This document shows positions 53,587 through 64,000 of a DNA stretch of 64,000 bases, piece after piece. The translations under genes were made by a program, and so were the position numbers. The notes under the pieces were generated by a model that was not told the origin of the DNA, did not search any database, and worked only from the letters and a program-made list of their open reading frames with translations. Source of the stretch: Cladosporium halotolerans (lineage: Eukaryota); assembly GCF_011745625.1 (NCBI RefSeq), contig NW_027191453.1:682001-746000 (forward strand). Reading direction: 5' to 3'. Every line of letters starts with the position of its first letter. Position 1 is the stretch's first letter.

Positions 53587-54043
53587 TTGACAGTCTCCTA
53601 CAGTGGCTACGGCAGGTGATTTACGGTCGTGCTATTGATTAAATATCAACGGTTCAAGCCTCGAATTGAAGCGATAGAACTCCGCCTCGCCCGTGAAGCC
53701 TGAGCTCCACCGGAAGAAGGTGCATTGCAGCTCTGAGTGCCACCACATCAGCCCCGTCACCAGCCAATGTGCATGCTCTGAAGAGTCGCGCACACCGTGT
53801 GGCTGGCTGCAGGCGACATCAACCCTGCCGAGGCTGCAAGCAAGGGTCAAGAAGCACCTTGTTTCCTCAGGCAGCAAAATGAGGCAACTCAAACCTCCTT
53901 TGTTCCTCGGGGACCATAGCACGCTGACAACAAAGGCTCAGTCCCAACAGTATGCGCAATTCCTATATACGATTTCAACAGTCTCAACCGAAATGAGTCA
54001 GTCGTCGTATCAATTCGCTTGGCACTGCCCACGGCCCACGATC

Positions 54044-54399
54044 CTAGTCGGAATCGGGTCCATCCTGAAACTTCTTGGGATAGCTTTCTTTCTGCAGGTC
54101 GTAGATTTCCGGCTGAAAAACAAGACTAAGAACGCTGTGCCGATCGCTCTTAGTAGGGGAGATCCTACCTTCGTGAGCTCTCGCTTGACAACTACCACAA
54201 TGATGCCTTTCGTGGACGTCGCCTGTGCAATATCTCAGTCAATGTCCGCGAAACAGTAGACACTACGGCTTACGTCGTATCTGTTCTCCGCGCCAAATGT
54301 AATGGCGTTCGCGCGAAGAAATGCCTCCAAGACTTGCGGCCTGATATAGCGGCCTTCAAGATTTTGCGTAATATAGCCTTGCGGTATCGTGTGTGACAT
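54044..54399 (-). CDS. Small 82-aa protein, 3 exons (54399-54274, 54222-54169, 54112-54044); not in the ORF track
   Basis: TATTTAAG about 58 nt upstream. Two phase-0 introns (gtaagc...cag, 51 nt; gtagga...tttttcag, 56 nt). Product MSHTIPQGYITQNLEGRYIRPQVLEAFLRANAITFGAENRYD|ATSTKGIIVVVVKRELTK|PEIYDLQKESYPKKFQDGPDSD*. Confidence 0.7.
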
Positions 54400-54754
54400 G
54401 ATAGGTGGTGTAAGAAGACGGCAAGTGCCTCATCTTCAGCACGTGGGGGCGCGAGCCTTAAATACCTAAGGCTGTCACATGAAGGCAGTATCATGAGACG
54501 TGCCCAAGGCGTAGCGAAGACGCAGCTTTATGCACGGCTTGCAGCGACCGGAGAATGACTGGACGCTCAAAGCGGGTGGTATGCAAGCCACGGTTGATCA
54601 GCTTGCCGCTCAGCCTCGTCGTGGCCTGATAAAAGCAGTCGCTCACCGGTCAAGGCTCAGGAGTCGAGGCAATCAACTGTTGAACTGCCTCTCTTCTGCG
54701 AGCGCATCAGTTCCACCAACGCACCCGAGCTCAGCAACGAGTGTTCCGCTGATT

Positions 54755-57283
54755 ATGGACGATCCTGAATACGAAATGTTTCAGTCTGCGCGGACTCGAC
54801 AGCAGAGCCCAGGGAGTCCCTCGTCTCCAGTGGTATCGTCTAGACGGCGCAACAGTCATTCCGAAAGCAGGACGCGCCATCATGATCAGGTTGAGAATCC
54901 GGACACGATATCTCAGGAATCTGTGGGAAGAGCTGCGTTCACGGAAGATGCTTCGCATCTGCAGCCGGCCGCCAACAGAACGCGAGACAGGCCCATGAGT
55001 TCCAATTCCAGTTTCGATGAACGGAATACAATCGTGCCGAAGCCGTTGACCGCAGTCGATCTTGCCTCTTTGGTCTTCAACAAACTGGTCGGCACTGGTA
55101 TCTTCACCGTCCCAGGGCATGCTTTGGCAGCAACATCGAGTAAGAAGGTTAGCATCGGGCTTTGGGTCGCTGGTGGGTTCTACACAGCGTTATGGTAGGA
55201 GTCGTATGGTTTCCTAGTCGCTACGCGTAATGCTTACGCATACAGTCTCACTGCGTACTTGGAGCTCGGTGCACAGTTCCCTTATGACGGCGGAGAGCTG
55301 ACCTATGTGAGTCAAATGCGATTGTTTAGGCATCAAGAAAAATCAGCTCATGTCAGCGCAGCTTGACCGGACTCTACGCCCTGGACTCATGTGGACAATG
55401 GCATTCGCTACGTTTTTCATCACTATTGCTAATACATCTGGCAATGCAATCGCCTTTGCTCGATTCGTCATGATAGCCGCACTACCGACCAACAGATCAC
55501 TAGTAGATCTGGACTCGAAGGTCGTCAAGCTGATCGCAATCAGCATCTTGTCTGTAGTATGCCTACTACATTATCTGTCATCCAATCTCGGGCGTTTCCT
55601 CAATAAACTCCTGGCTCTCTACAAACTATGTCTGCTCGTAGCGGTCATGAGTACTGGTTTTTGGGCATACAGGATCAATAAAGCTGGGTTAGACGACGAC
55701 ACCTTGATTAAAGCGGTGCCGCAAGGCACTGAAAGCAAGCTAGGCGCTGTGGTACTTGTTCTGCACCCTATAGCTTCACCGGCTGGGAGAATGCCAATTA
55801 TGTACGTCGGAGTTTGTTAAACTTTCTCGCAGTATCCACTGACAAGTCAAGGTGGCTGGTGAGATTAGGAGCTCAGACAATGGCGAATCGTCGAATCAGC
55901 TTCCCATAGGTGCGTATTCGGCAATAGCTGTCGTCACTGTGCTATATCTTCTTGTCGCACTGAGCTACGTAAGTACCGCCCTCTCCGGATCCGTCCCTGA
56001 ATCATGACTGACAATGACTAGTATCTTGCCTTTACGTACGAAGACATAACTGAATATCTGGATCTGGGCATGGCACGAAACCTCGGACCGATGGTGAGTA
56101 CATGCGGTTAGCCGCGAGCTGCAGAGGTCTTCGTCAAGATGCACACACTTACAGCATCGCAGGCTTTTAAACCCGATGGCATCAGCCTTGACATCCTTTT
56201 TGCTTTATCCGCTTTCGGCAATCTCATCGCGGTCGTCTACACAAGCGCTAGGGGTACAACTCACAATCCATCGATGTCGTACTCTAAATGATTCCAATCC
56301 TAATCTGTCTCAGTGAAACAAACAATTGCTCGTCAAAGGCTCTTGCCATTCTGGAAATACTTGGAAAAAGACGCGGAGTCGCCGAAGGGCGGCCTCTTCT
56401 TGCATTGGCTTTTTACGACCATCATGATCTTGGCAGCCCCTGTTGGCCCTGATGGATATGGCTTCATTGTTGGCTTGTACACTTATGGTCAGATCGTCGT
56501 CGTCAGTGAGTATTCGTGAGGCCGCTGAAAGGATACCTAGTAACAGAAAGTCCAGCATTCGCGGTCATTGGTCTTCTCTTCCTGCTGCAGCAGATGGCCT
56601 GGAAGCGGACAGCAGAAGGGTTCGAGGAACCGCGCTGGACTTCAAAGACATACCCGCTACGCAACAGCTTTGTGACATATTGCCTGATTGTCATAGTGGT
56701 CGGTGTCAATCTGCTCATCATAATCACAGCGGGCTTCCAAGGACGAAATAAGGAGCCGACACCAGGTGACATTCCAGGCTGGCTCAGGCCAACGGTAACC
56801 TTCTCAATCTTTGGCGGCGGAATTACCTTCTGGGTCGCTCTTGTGCTTCTGCAGGGCGACACTTTTGGTAAGAAGCTTGGCATCGAAGTGTGTGTTCATG
56901 TCAACAAGGTCAGCGAAAGTGGATTCTATCAGCCTGAAGGGCCGAACAGCCATGTCCATCAGCATCCCAGCATTCCAGACGGCCATGCAAACCCTCTACT
57001 GGCCGAGCCCGCGGAAAGCCTTGCCCCCATTGAAGCAGACTCAAGGGAAGATGCACTTAGGAAAGAAGCACTACGGAAGGAGAAGACCCGACAGGAGGAT
57101 CTCCATAAGGCGCTTATAGAGGCCAGGAACGATGGCACAAATCGAAGGCTCGAAGTGAAGGTAAGTAATCCAGATCATTCTGTCAACGTGAGTACTGACT
57201 TGAAGAAGTTGACCAAAGTTCCGGGCAAGCTCGCTGAGTGGTTACATCAGGGGAAGACCAAGGTCAAGAAGTGGATGCTGTAA
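54755..57283 (+). pseudogene. APC/LAT-family amino-acid permease (Mup1-like, divergent), ~9 exons, with a frameshift at 55764-55768
   Basis: LVFNKLVGTGIFTVPG (TM1), YLELGAQFPYDGGELTY, SGNAIAFA, YSFTGWENANY|VAGEI (TM6), LSAFGNLIAVVYTSAR|VKQTIARQRLLPF and SPKGGLFLHW. The TM6 motif is out of frame with the upstream part of its own exon. Confidence 0.75.
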
Positions 57284-57444
57284 TGGGGTGGCCAGCTTTG
57301 CTACTTGACATGATAACTTGCTCGATAGACCCTCAGTACCTGTACCCCGATTCTCTATGCAATCGAGAAATGCACCTAGTGTTATTGCTACGAAGTTCGT
57401 ACCGCGTATCTATGCGGGAGTGAGGATGAGCACAGCATTTCAGC

Positions 57445-60372
57445 CTACCCGTGTCTCTCTTCGCGGTAGGCTTTTTTCTCCCCGATATATATCCTTTTGA
57501 ATGTAGCTGCATCTGTACCTGAATCAGTAACATGATACTGCTCCAGTTTGTGTCATCAAGTACCTTCCGAACTCTCAAACCTCATCTCAACCTTTCCGTA
57601 TTTTTGCTTGTGAGTACATTCACGCTTCTGCAGCTCGCACGGATCCAGCGGGATGCCAGCGAAAGCTATGTGCTCCTCGCCGATTGGAGCTGTACGCCGC
57701 GGCTGTAATATTGAGCCGTTGAATGCGTCATTTTAACTCGGATCGGTGGGCTCAAATACGACCAAATTTCCATTCGTGCCTTTCCGGATACTGTACTCCA
57801 CTTGCACTGCACACGGTAAGCGCCGCAAACGTTGAGAGGGTGTCTTCTGCAACTCACGGGGTAAGAGGAAGATGGTACGGTCCCTGTTGAACACCGCAAT
57901 TCGGCGGATTTTTGGCCGCTTTGGTGTGGCATCGGAGACATCTGGTATGATTTCACGCCAAATTTGCATCACAATGTCACCGGTACTGTTCGATGGTCCA
58001 TCTCTCGATGCGTTCCCAGCCTGAGAGTTATTCCCAAAACGGTTGACGGCTTCATGAACTCTGGAGAGCATGTTCCCAACTTTCTTCAGTTTGCCGGTTA
58101 ACAGGTCAGCATGGCAACTCTTCAAGTTAAAGCTATGATCCGTCAATACGAATGCAAGAATCAGACACTTTCTTGAACACACCTGCGATTTTCAAGCACA
58201 CATTGTCCTGTGAACGCGGATTGAGCAGCAATCGCATCTGGTAGGTGGCCGAAAGAAGACGACACGGTGAATTCCAGCCCATAGAGAACGAGACTGGGAT
58301 GATAACCCGAAGGCTGCTCTCCACGTGGGTTTTCGGAGGCCGAAAGGTAGAAGTGCGGGCAGGACGAGCGCTCACGAACCCTGGTGCTGAAGGCATATAC
58401 TGGAACGAACATGGTCTCTGATCGCGTGACTAGGACGCATGGTAAGCGACAATCTCATATTCGACTTGAGCGCACGTGTTGCGTTCTTACCTCTCTCAGA
58501 ATCCGACCGCCCATTTTCACGCACAACATTGAGTCTGATCGAACTATCGTCACTTGCATATAGATGTAGGTTGACACTAGTTGAGCTGGCGTGTCCGTGA
58601 GCACGACTCTGGGAGCCTCCCAGCACTGGTGAGTGCTGTGTATGCCAGAATCTGTATCGTGTTAGATTGACGAGGGGATTGGACTTGGGACACGGCCTCG
58701 CTCACCTTAAGCCAGACAAAAACTCTTGTCCGAGGGGCCGTTCGCCAGCCCGCGGTTGCGACTGGCCCAATTCCACGTCTCGTAGTGGTTCCTCCGGTTT
58801 TATCATATCACGCAACTCATGAACTACGCCATTAGCGTCCCTCCTTTGCTTCGCATCAGGAGCCAGCATCTGCTTGATAAGAGACAAAATGCGCCTCAAG
58901 AAATTCCCGCTCGCCGTGTGCAATGGCAACATGTCAAAGAGCCCTTGAATGAAGTTCAGGACCTCAGGTTTCACCACATAGACTCCCTCAGATTGCCCGC
59001 GTTGCCATAGACGACTGTTCCGACCGTTAGATCCGTCTGGGATGGTTTGTCGTGCTGTCATAAGGCTGCCTCGGCCATAGCGTCCTTCTCGGCCTCCCGC
59101 AATGAAGGCAGTGACTTCCAACATGATGCAACCCAGCGACCAAACATCATAACGTGTTCCCGTTCTCCCACCTGTATCAGTCTCAGGCGCGGAGTACGCA
59201 TCGCTGCCGCCTTCGTTGGTCATGTTAGTGTCAGTCCCTTGCCTCGGTTTGAAGGCCGCCTGTCCAAAATCCGCAATTTTCCACACGCCATCGCCAAATA
59301 TGAGGATGTTGGCAGGTTTCAGATCGAAGTGGCAGCCTACCCAAGTTTCTGCATCTGAGCTGTGAAACTCTGTGCTGCTGAGGTCTTTTTTGCCGAGGCT
59401 TTCCGCAATATCTGTGAGTGCTTCCGATATGCCGAGCACTTGAGACCATACTTCGTCACGCTCCAATGGTGCACCCCTGTGAGCGTCGGCTTTTTCGTCA
59501 AGAAATTGTTCCAGGCTCATTTCGGCGTATGGGAACAAGATACTGTATGTATCGCCGCGTCTGCATGGTTTGAGCATGTTTACGATATGCTTGCCTTCAA
59601 GCACATCGCGGACCCGACGAAGATTCTCTGCCTCTGCCCAGAAGGTTACCATGTCTCGTCTACTGAACTCTTTGCGAGCGAAGGCAACACATCGATGCTT
59701 GCGCATCTCCTTATCGATCGTCGTTCGATTCCAGATAGGTTTGATGGATTCTGGAAAGACCCTGCAATGGTGTTCAGGAATTTCCAACCTGTATACGGTG
59801 CCATAGGCACCCCTACCAATCTCCTCCTCGTTTGCGAAAGGGAGGACCGCTTCAGAAGCGTAGACTTGGTAGGTAGGATCAAGCATGGGTGCTATGAACT
59901 GATGCTTGCTGCTTTGGAACTCTTTGATGAGGACGTTGGATTCGTCTTGCGCCGCCTTCTGATATGTGCGCCAGTATGTTTCTTTCAGGTCTTTGTCGGA
60001 AACTGTAGATGGATGCTGGATGCCATCATGCGCATTTTGTACAAAACCAAGCATAAGACATGGGTGTTGGATGTGGACGAGAAGCGCGAACGTTCGGATG
60101 CCGTCTTTCTTCACAATCTTTTCGCCACATGCTTGGAGGTCTACACTTCTCTTGAAGTGCCCTTTGTCTCGCTTGCATATCTCGCACGAGCAACGAAGAA
60201 TCTCACGGACCTTCTGCACCGTGTATCTCTCGATCAGCCCGTCTTCGGGATAGAATTCTAGGCTTATGCTGTTGGTGGTATGGTAACAAGGGAGAGCAAG
60301 GTTGTTGAGCTGGAAGGTCCTGGCGGCCCTACAGGATGGGCCGGTGTCCCCTCCGACTGTTCCAGTGGGCAT
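57445..60372 (-). CDS. Fungal-specific Ser/Thr kinase (non-RD, HFD catalytic loop) with a long multi-exon C-terminal extension; in-frame TAA at 57733-57735
   Basis: IGRGAYGTV, FARK, E in helix C, ILFPYA, GCHFDLKPANIL, KIADFG, YSAPE, DVWSLGCI, ML...R. N-terminal ILRCSC..C...FALLVHI..P...F..SKHQFIAP..LPF. Five downstream introns lead to a final exon DAATFKRIYIGEKKAYREERHG*. Confidence 0.82.
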
Positions 60373-61144
60373 GTCCGACCTCGACGGATTCCTCACGCTT
60401 TGTCAACCTTCCAATCAGGTGGTAAGTATAATGTCATCGTTTCGTTTTGGTTGGTGCTCGGCAACGTGGGCGAGGTGTCCAAGGATGCTTGCATCATTCG
60501 TGTTAGACCCCGACAGCGATCAGGCTGCACTGTGAACCACGCATGTCTAAGCCAGCGGAGAGGATCACCACCTACGGTCGACCTATCGGAACAGGCCAGC
60601 CACAGCCAGCGAATAAGCCTGAGGGCGAAAGACGAGGCTGATTGCCAGCTGAGACGATTGCTCAGGTGAGCCTCCGACTGGACGCCTCCAAGTTTGGGCG
60701 GCTAAAATCATCAACGACTGCTCGTAGTGGTTGCATGACACTTCGCGCATGAGACGCCCGAGCAAGCGGTATTCTGCTGACGATTTAACAGTCAACGTGT
60801 AATTGCACACACGCATGTACGGCTTTTGAAGTCTTGTCCTGCTTCCAGATGGATCTAACCCTAACCCTACTGCAGCTGCATGAATCGCGGCGGCTCACAT
60901 GATCACAAACTGCAGGGCAAGCAGCTCGGTGCAACATCGACCGATATCCGGCACGTGGACCTCAATCCCGCCATAGAATCTGCTGCGGTGTAATTGTTCC
61001 CTGCGTCCCCACCAATGTCCCCGAAAGCGCTTCAACCCAAGTGGGGTATGCCGTGGGAAGGTAACATGTTGGACCTCGGCGCCGAAGGACCGCTACTCCT
61101 CTATCTCACAGGATGCCATATGCAGGTTTGTTTCGTGTGTCAAG

Positions 61145-63364
61145 ATGCAAGCTTCCAACTGTGATCGGTGCTATCGCCGCAAAGGGCGTTGCGATAAGCA
61201 GCAACCATGTGGACCATGTGTCCGTGCCAACGTTACTTGCACGTTCACGGACAAGGTGCGGCAGAGACGTTTCACGTCCGAGGACGTGGAACGCATTGAA
61301 AAGAGACTGCGTCAGTCTGAGGCCCGCAACAAGAGTCTGATTGACGAAATAACAAGGCTTAAGACGTCGGTCGAGCAGCAAGGCACCTCTCCAACCGTCA
61401 CGGACCGGTCACAGTCGGATGGAACCAAGAGAGCAGACGCAGTGAGCGAGGTTTCATACTTGTCTATCAACGCTGCTGGGGAAAGGCAACCTTACTTGGG
61501 CTCGACAAGTGGTGTTCTATTTGCTGATTTGGTGCGGTCGAGCGTGGATGCATCAGTCTCGAGACAAAGCACACCTCCCTTAGGCGAAAGCCACACGCGT
61601 GGAGCTTGTCCGGAAATCTTAGCACCATCCTCGGCCAACTCCAGAAGAAAGCAGGAGCTTCCACCAGAGACTTTGGTCTCCAATCTTATACGATCATACT
61701 TTGACCACGACGCCATTGCCTTCCCTTTTCTTTCTCCGTCCAAGCTGCTCGACATTTCCGAACGCTGCTACCGGGATGCTTCCTTCTATCCAATCCATGC
61801 ATCGGCCTATGATGCTTTCATATTCAATATGGTACTTGCTATAGCAACTGCAAGTGTGTACAAATACGACTGGCAAATGCTTCCGAGCGCAGAATCCCAT
61901 CATGCCCGGGCAATGCAGGAGCTCGATCAAGTGCTTGCACTCGGCGGAGTCGAGAGTCTGCAGGCTATCCTTCTATTATGCCAGTATCGGCAGGGCAGTT
62001 CCATCAAAGACAACTCAGCATCGATGTGGCATCTGGTCGGCATTGCGGCTCGCATCTGCTTGGAACTAGGCCTGCATAGGGAATCTGCCTATCCAATATT
62101 ACACTCTCACGACCTCGACCAATCGCAGCTCGCACGCTATCAGCAGCAGGAGACTGCCAGGAGATGTTTCTGGTGTGTCATTGCAATGGACCGTGTGACC
62201 AGCAACATACTAGGTCGTCCACTAGCTGTGCGAGATGAGGATGTAGATGCCGTGCTTCCGTCAGACGACAGCGAATCCACCATAGCGTACTCTTCTGCTC
62301 TCACGCCATCGAGAGTACCAAGAATCTCGGTTTTCAGAAGTATCATTGAATACCGACTGCTATGTGGCAATATCCTCACGATCTTGCATAGGCGGCGCGC
62401 ACCATCAATGACTGCCACCGAAGCCGTCAAGATCCGAGAGGATCTAGCGCAAAGCTTGGAAGAATGGCGTTGTAAGGTAGAACATCTTCACCTGCCTGAT
62501 GAGGCGACTACCAACACCCATGAACAATCATGCTTCCTATCGCCAGTCTGGTTCAATGTTCTGTACGCAAACGCGAAGCTGAGTATATGGAGGCCGTGCC
62601 CACTCTTAGCCGATATCAGCCATGACCAAGTGTCGCTACAGAACATCTACAACTCCTCGATACAAGCCATCACTGCTTACTCTGCCCTCCACAAATCCAG
62701 AAAGATAAATTACAGCTGGATCGCGCTGCAGTCCATCTTCATAGCCGGCCTGTCTTTCATCTACAGCGTCAGCCGACATTTCAGAGAGCGAAGCAATTAC
62801 CCCTCGAGTTCAGACTGCTGTCTGTTGGAGAAAGGTCCCGAAGCTGTCGAAATCTCGCAAATTTCAAGGGCTTGTTCGAACGTCATGGTCGCGGTCGCGG
62901 AAAGATGGAGCGCTCTTCGACACTGTCATGAAGTCTTTGATCGGCTGAGTGACGCTGTCCTTGCCGATGCGTTGAAAATGCAGACTCAGCCACCTGCTAC
63001 AGGATATCGGCCATCGTCTAGCTCGGCAAGCTCAAATAGAATACCGGAGGACTCCAGGGCGGCTGGTGACATCGTTCTCACTAACATAGGAACTAGCGCA
63101 GTTCCAAAAAATACGGAGACAACCTCAGGATACTGGACTGGGCAGCAAGGAAAGCCTCCTTTTGACACATCCAGTATGCAAAACTCCCTCGCTGTCGATA
63201 CGGAATTCCTGCACTGCTACGATGACTTGCAAAGCATGTACTTGCACCAAATTGAGGATCCTGTCATGCACCTGTCACAGGACTGGTTAGGATATCTGGG
63301 TGGTGTAGACGGCGTCTCTGACCAGAGCGCGGAGTGTCATGGGCACCTGGGCGTGTTTGAGTAG
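61145..63364 (+). CDS. Zn(II)2Cys6 transcription factor with fungal-specific TF domain (PPR1/UaY-like)
   Basis: CDRCYRRKGRCDKQQPCGPCVRANVTC cluster and coiled coil; YLGSTSG, W.LVG.AARIC.ELGLHRE, RRCFWC...DR..S.ILGRP.A..D.D.D, INYSW..LQSIF.AGL, CS.V...AERW. Confidence 0.93.
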   Translation: MQASNCDRCYRRKGRCDKQQPCGPCVRANVTCTFTDKVRQRRFTSEDVERIEKRLRQSEARNKSLIDEITRLKTSVEQQGTSPTVTDRSQSDGTKRADAVSEVSYLSINAAGERQPYLGSTSGVLFADLVRSSVDASVSRQSTPPLGESHTRGACPEILAPSSANSRRKQELPPETLVSNLIRSYFDHDAIAFPFLSPSKLLDISERCYRDASFYPIHASAYDAFIFNMVLAIATASVYKYDWQMLPSAESHHARAMQELDQVLALGGVESLQAILLLCQYRQGSSIKDNSASMWHLVGIAARICLELGLHRESAYPILHSHDLDQSQLARYQQQETARRCFWCVIAMDRVTSNILGRPLAVRDEDVDAVLPSDDSESTIAYSSALTPSRVPRISVFRSIIEYRLLCGNILTILHRRRAPSMTATEAVKIREDLAQSLEEWRCKVEHLHLPDEATTNTHEQSCFLSPVWFNVLYANAKLSIWRPCPLLADISHDQVSLQNIYNSSIQAITAYSALHKSRKINYSWIALQSIFIAGLSFIYSVSRHFRERSNYPSSSDCCLLEKGPEAVEISQISRACSNVMVAVAERWSALRHCHEVFDRLSDAVLADALKMQTQPPATGYRPSSSSASSNRIPEDSRAAGDIVLTNIGTSAVPKNTETTSGYWTGQQGKPPFDTSSMQNSLAVDTEFLHCYDDLQSMYLHQIEDPVMHLSQDWLGYLGGVDGVSDQSAECHGHLGVFE

Positions 63365-64000
63365 TAGTTAGGAGGTAATTTCCAAGCTCATTGGTCACAG
63401 AGATGATCTCTATCCACGCCAGATGTTTTTGCAAGCGTCCAATCATTCAAAGGAGCTGTATGCTCGGTGAGGGAACAGAATCGAGAAGCTGAAAAGACGT
63501 GACCTCTCCCTTGGTGAATGCAATTTCTGTATTGTAGCAGATCGGCTTGTTTGCCAATGAGGTTATCGTCAAGTCTATCCGGGACTCGGGAAAGTGGTTC
63601 TTCGCATTTTTCGGCCCTCGGCGCCGATGCCAGATGAAGATGTGGAGGTGCTGGAGAAGTGGGACGTCAGTGTGGAGGGTTCCGCATCGAGTCCACGCGA
63701 CATCTATGTCCAGGTGGCAGCCCGAATTTTACACGGCCCTACGTGACATACATGCACGTGGGCCGTCGAGCCAGTCTAAGGCTCATTGTGGCATGGCCTT
63801 CTGCGCTAGGGAATATTAGAAAGAGACATCATCCGGACCATGCCATGGGGAACCCCGGGAACCCGACTCGTGCGGAAAGATCATCATTGCAGATGCCGAT
63901 CGGTACATGAAAGAAGGTATATGTCGCAGTCCATCGCCGCCCAAGAAGTGTAGGCAACCTTGCACCCGCCCATTATGCATTACCCCGTGTCGTTGATGGC

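Noticed and set aside
53693..54259. 188-aa + strand ORF with a hydrophobic stretch
   Set aside because: It starts at GTG and is antisense to the better-supported three-exon minus-strand gene.
61113..61160. Possible frameshift at the Zn2Cys6 N-terminus (upstream frame MPYAGLFRVSRCKLP)
   Set aside because: The in-frame ATG at 61145 already gives a complete zinc cluster. An alternative start cannot be supported without homologue alignment.

Overview
Gene-dense 64 kb window from a filamentous ascomycete. It has short GT-AG introns with CTRAY branch points, and the gene content and style suggest a Dothideomycete (inference). About 22 protein-coding genes were found. Housekeeping genes: NUP170 3' part, KRR1, an SR-type cyclophilin, PGI1, YPK1/gad8, ADA2, PTC7, PRP4. 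Accessory genes: a PP2C, a secreted PIR-like/But2 repeat protein spanning an assembly gap, a LaeA-like methyltransferase, an AsaB-like dioxygenase, an MDR alkenal reductase, an STL1-like sugar porter, a CYP52-clan P450, a tannase/feruloyl esterase, and C2H2 and Zn2Cys6 transcription factors. The most notable feature is an intron-rich four-gene module at about 51.8-60.4 kb. It comprises a CorA-like two-TM protein, an 82-aa three-exon gene invisible in the ORF track, a divergent APC amino-acid permease with a frameshift, and a non-RD (HFD) kinase with an in-frame premature TAA. A duplicated GAGACA/TGTCTC triple motif lies just left of the module. There is also a recurring C-rich to G-rich strand-skew switch, mainly at 33.6-49.2 kb, that crosses gene boundaries and reshapes codons. 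No rRNA, tRNA, CRISPR array or intact transposon was seen. All intron models were read by hand, and family calls come from recalled motifs, not database searches.
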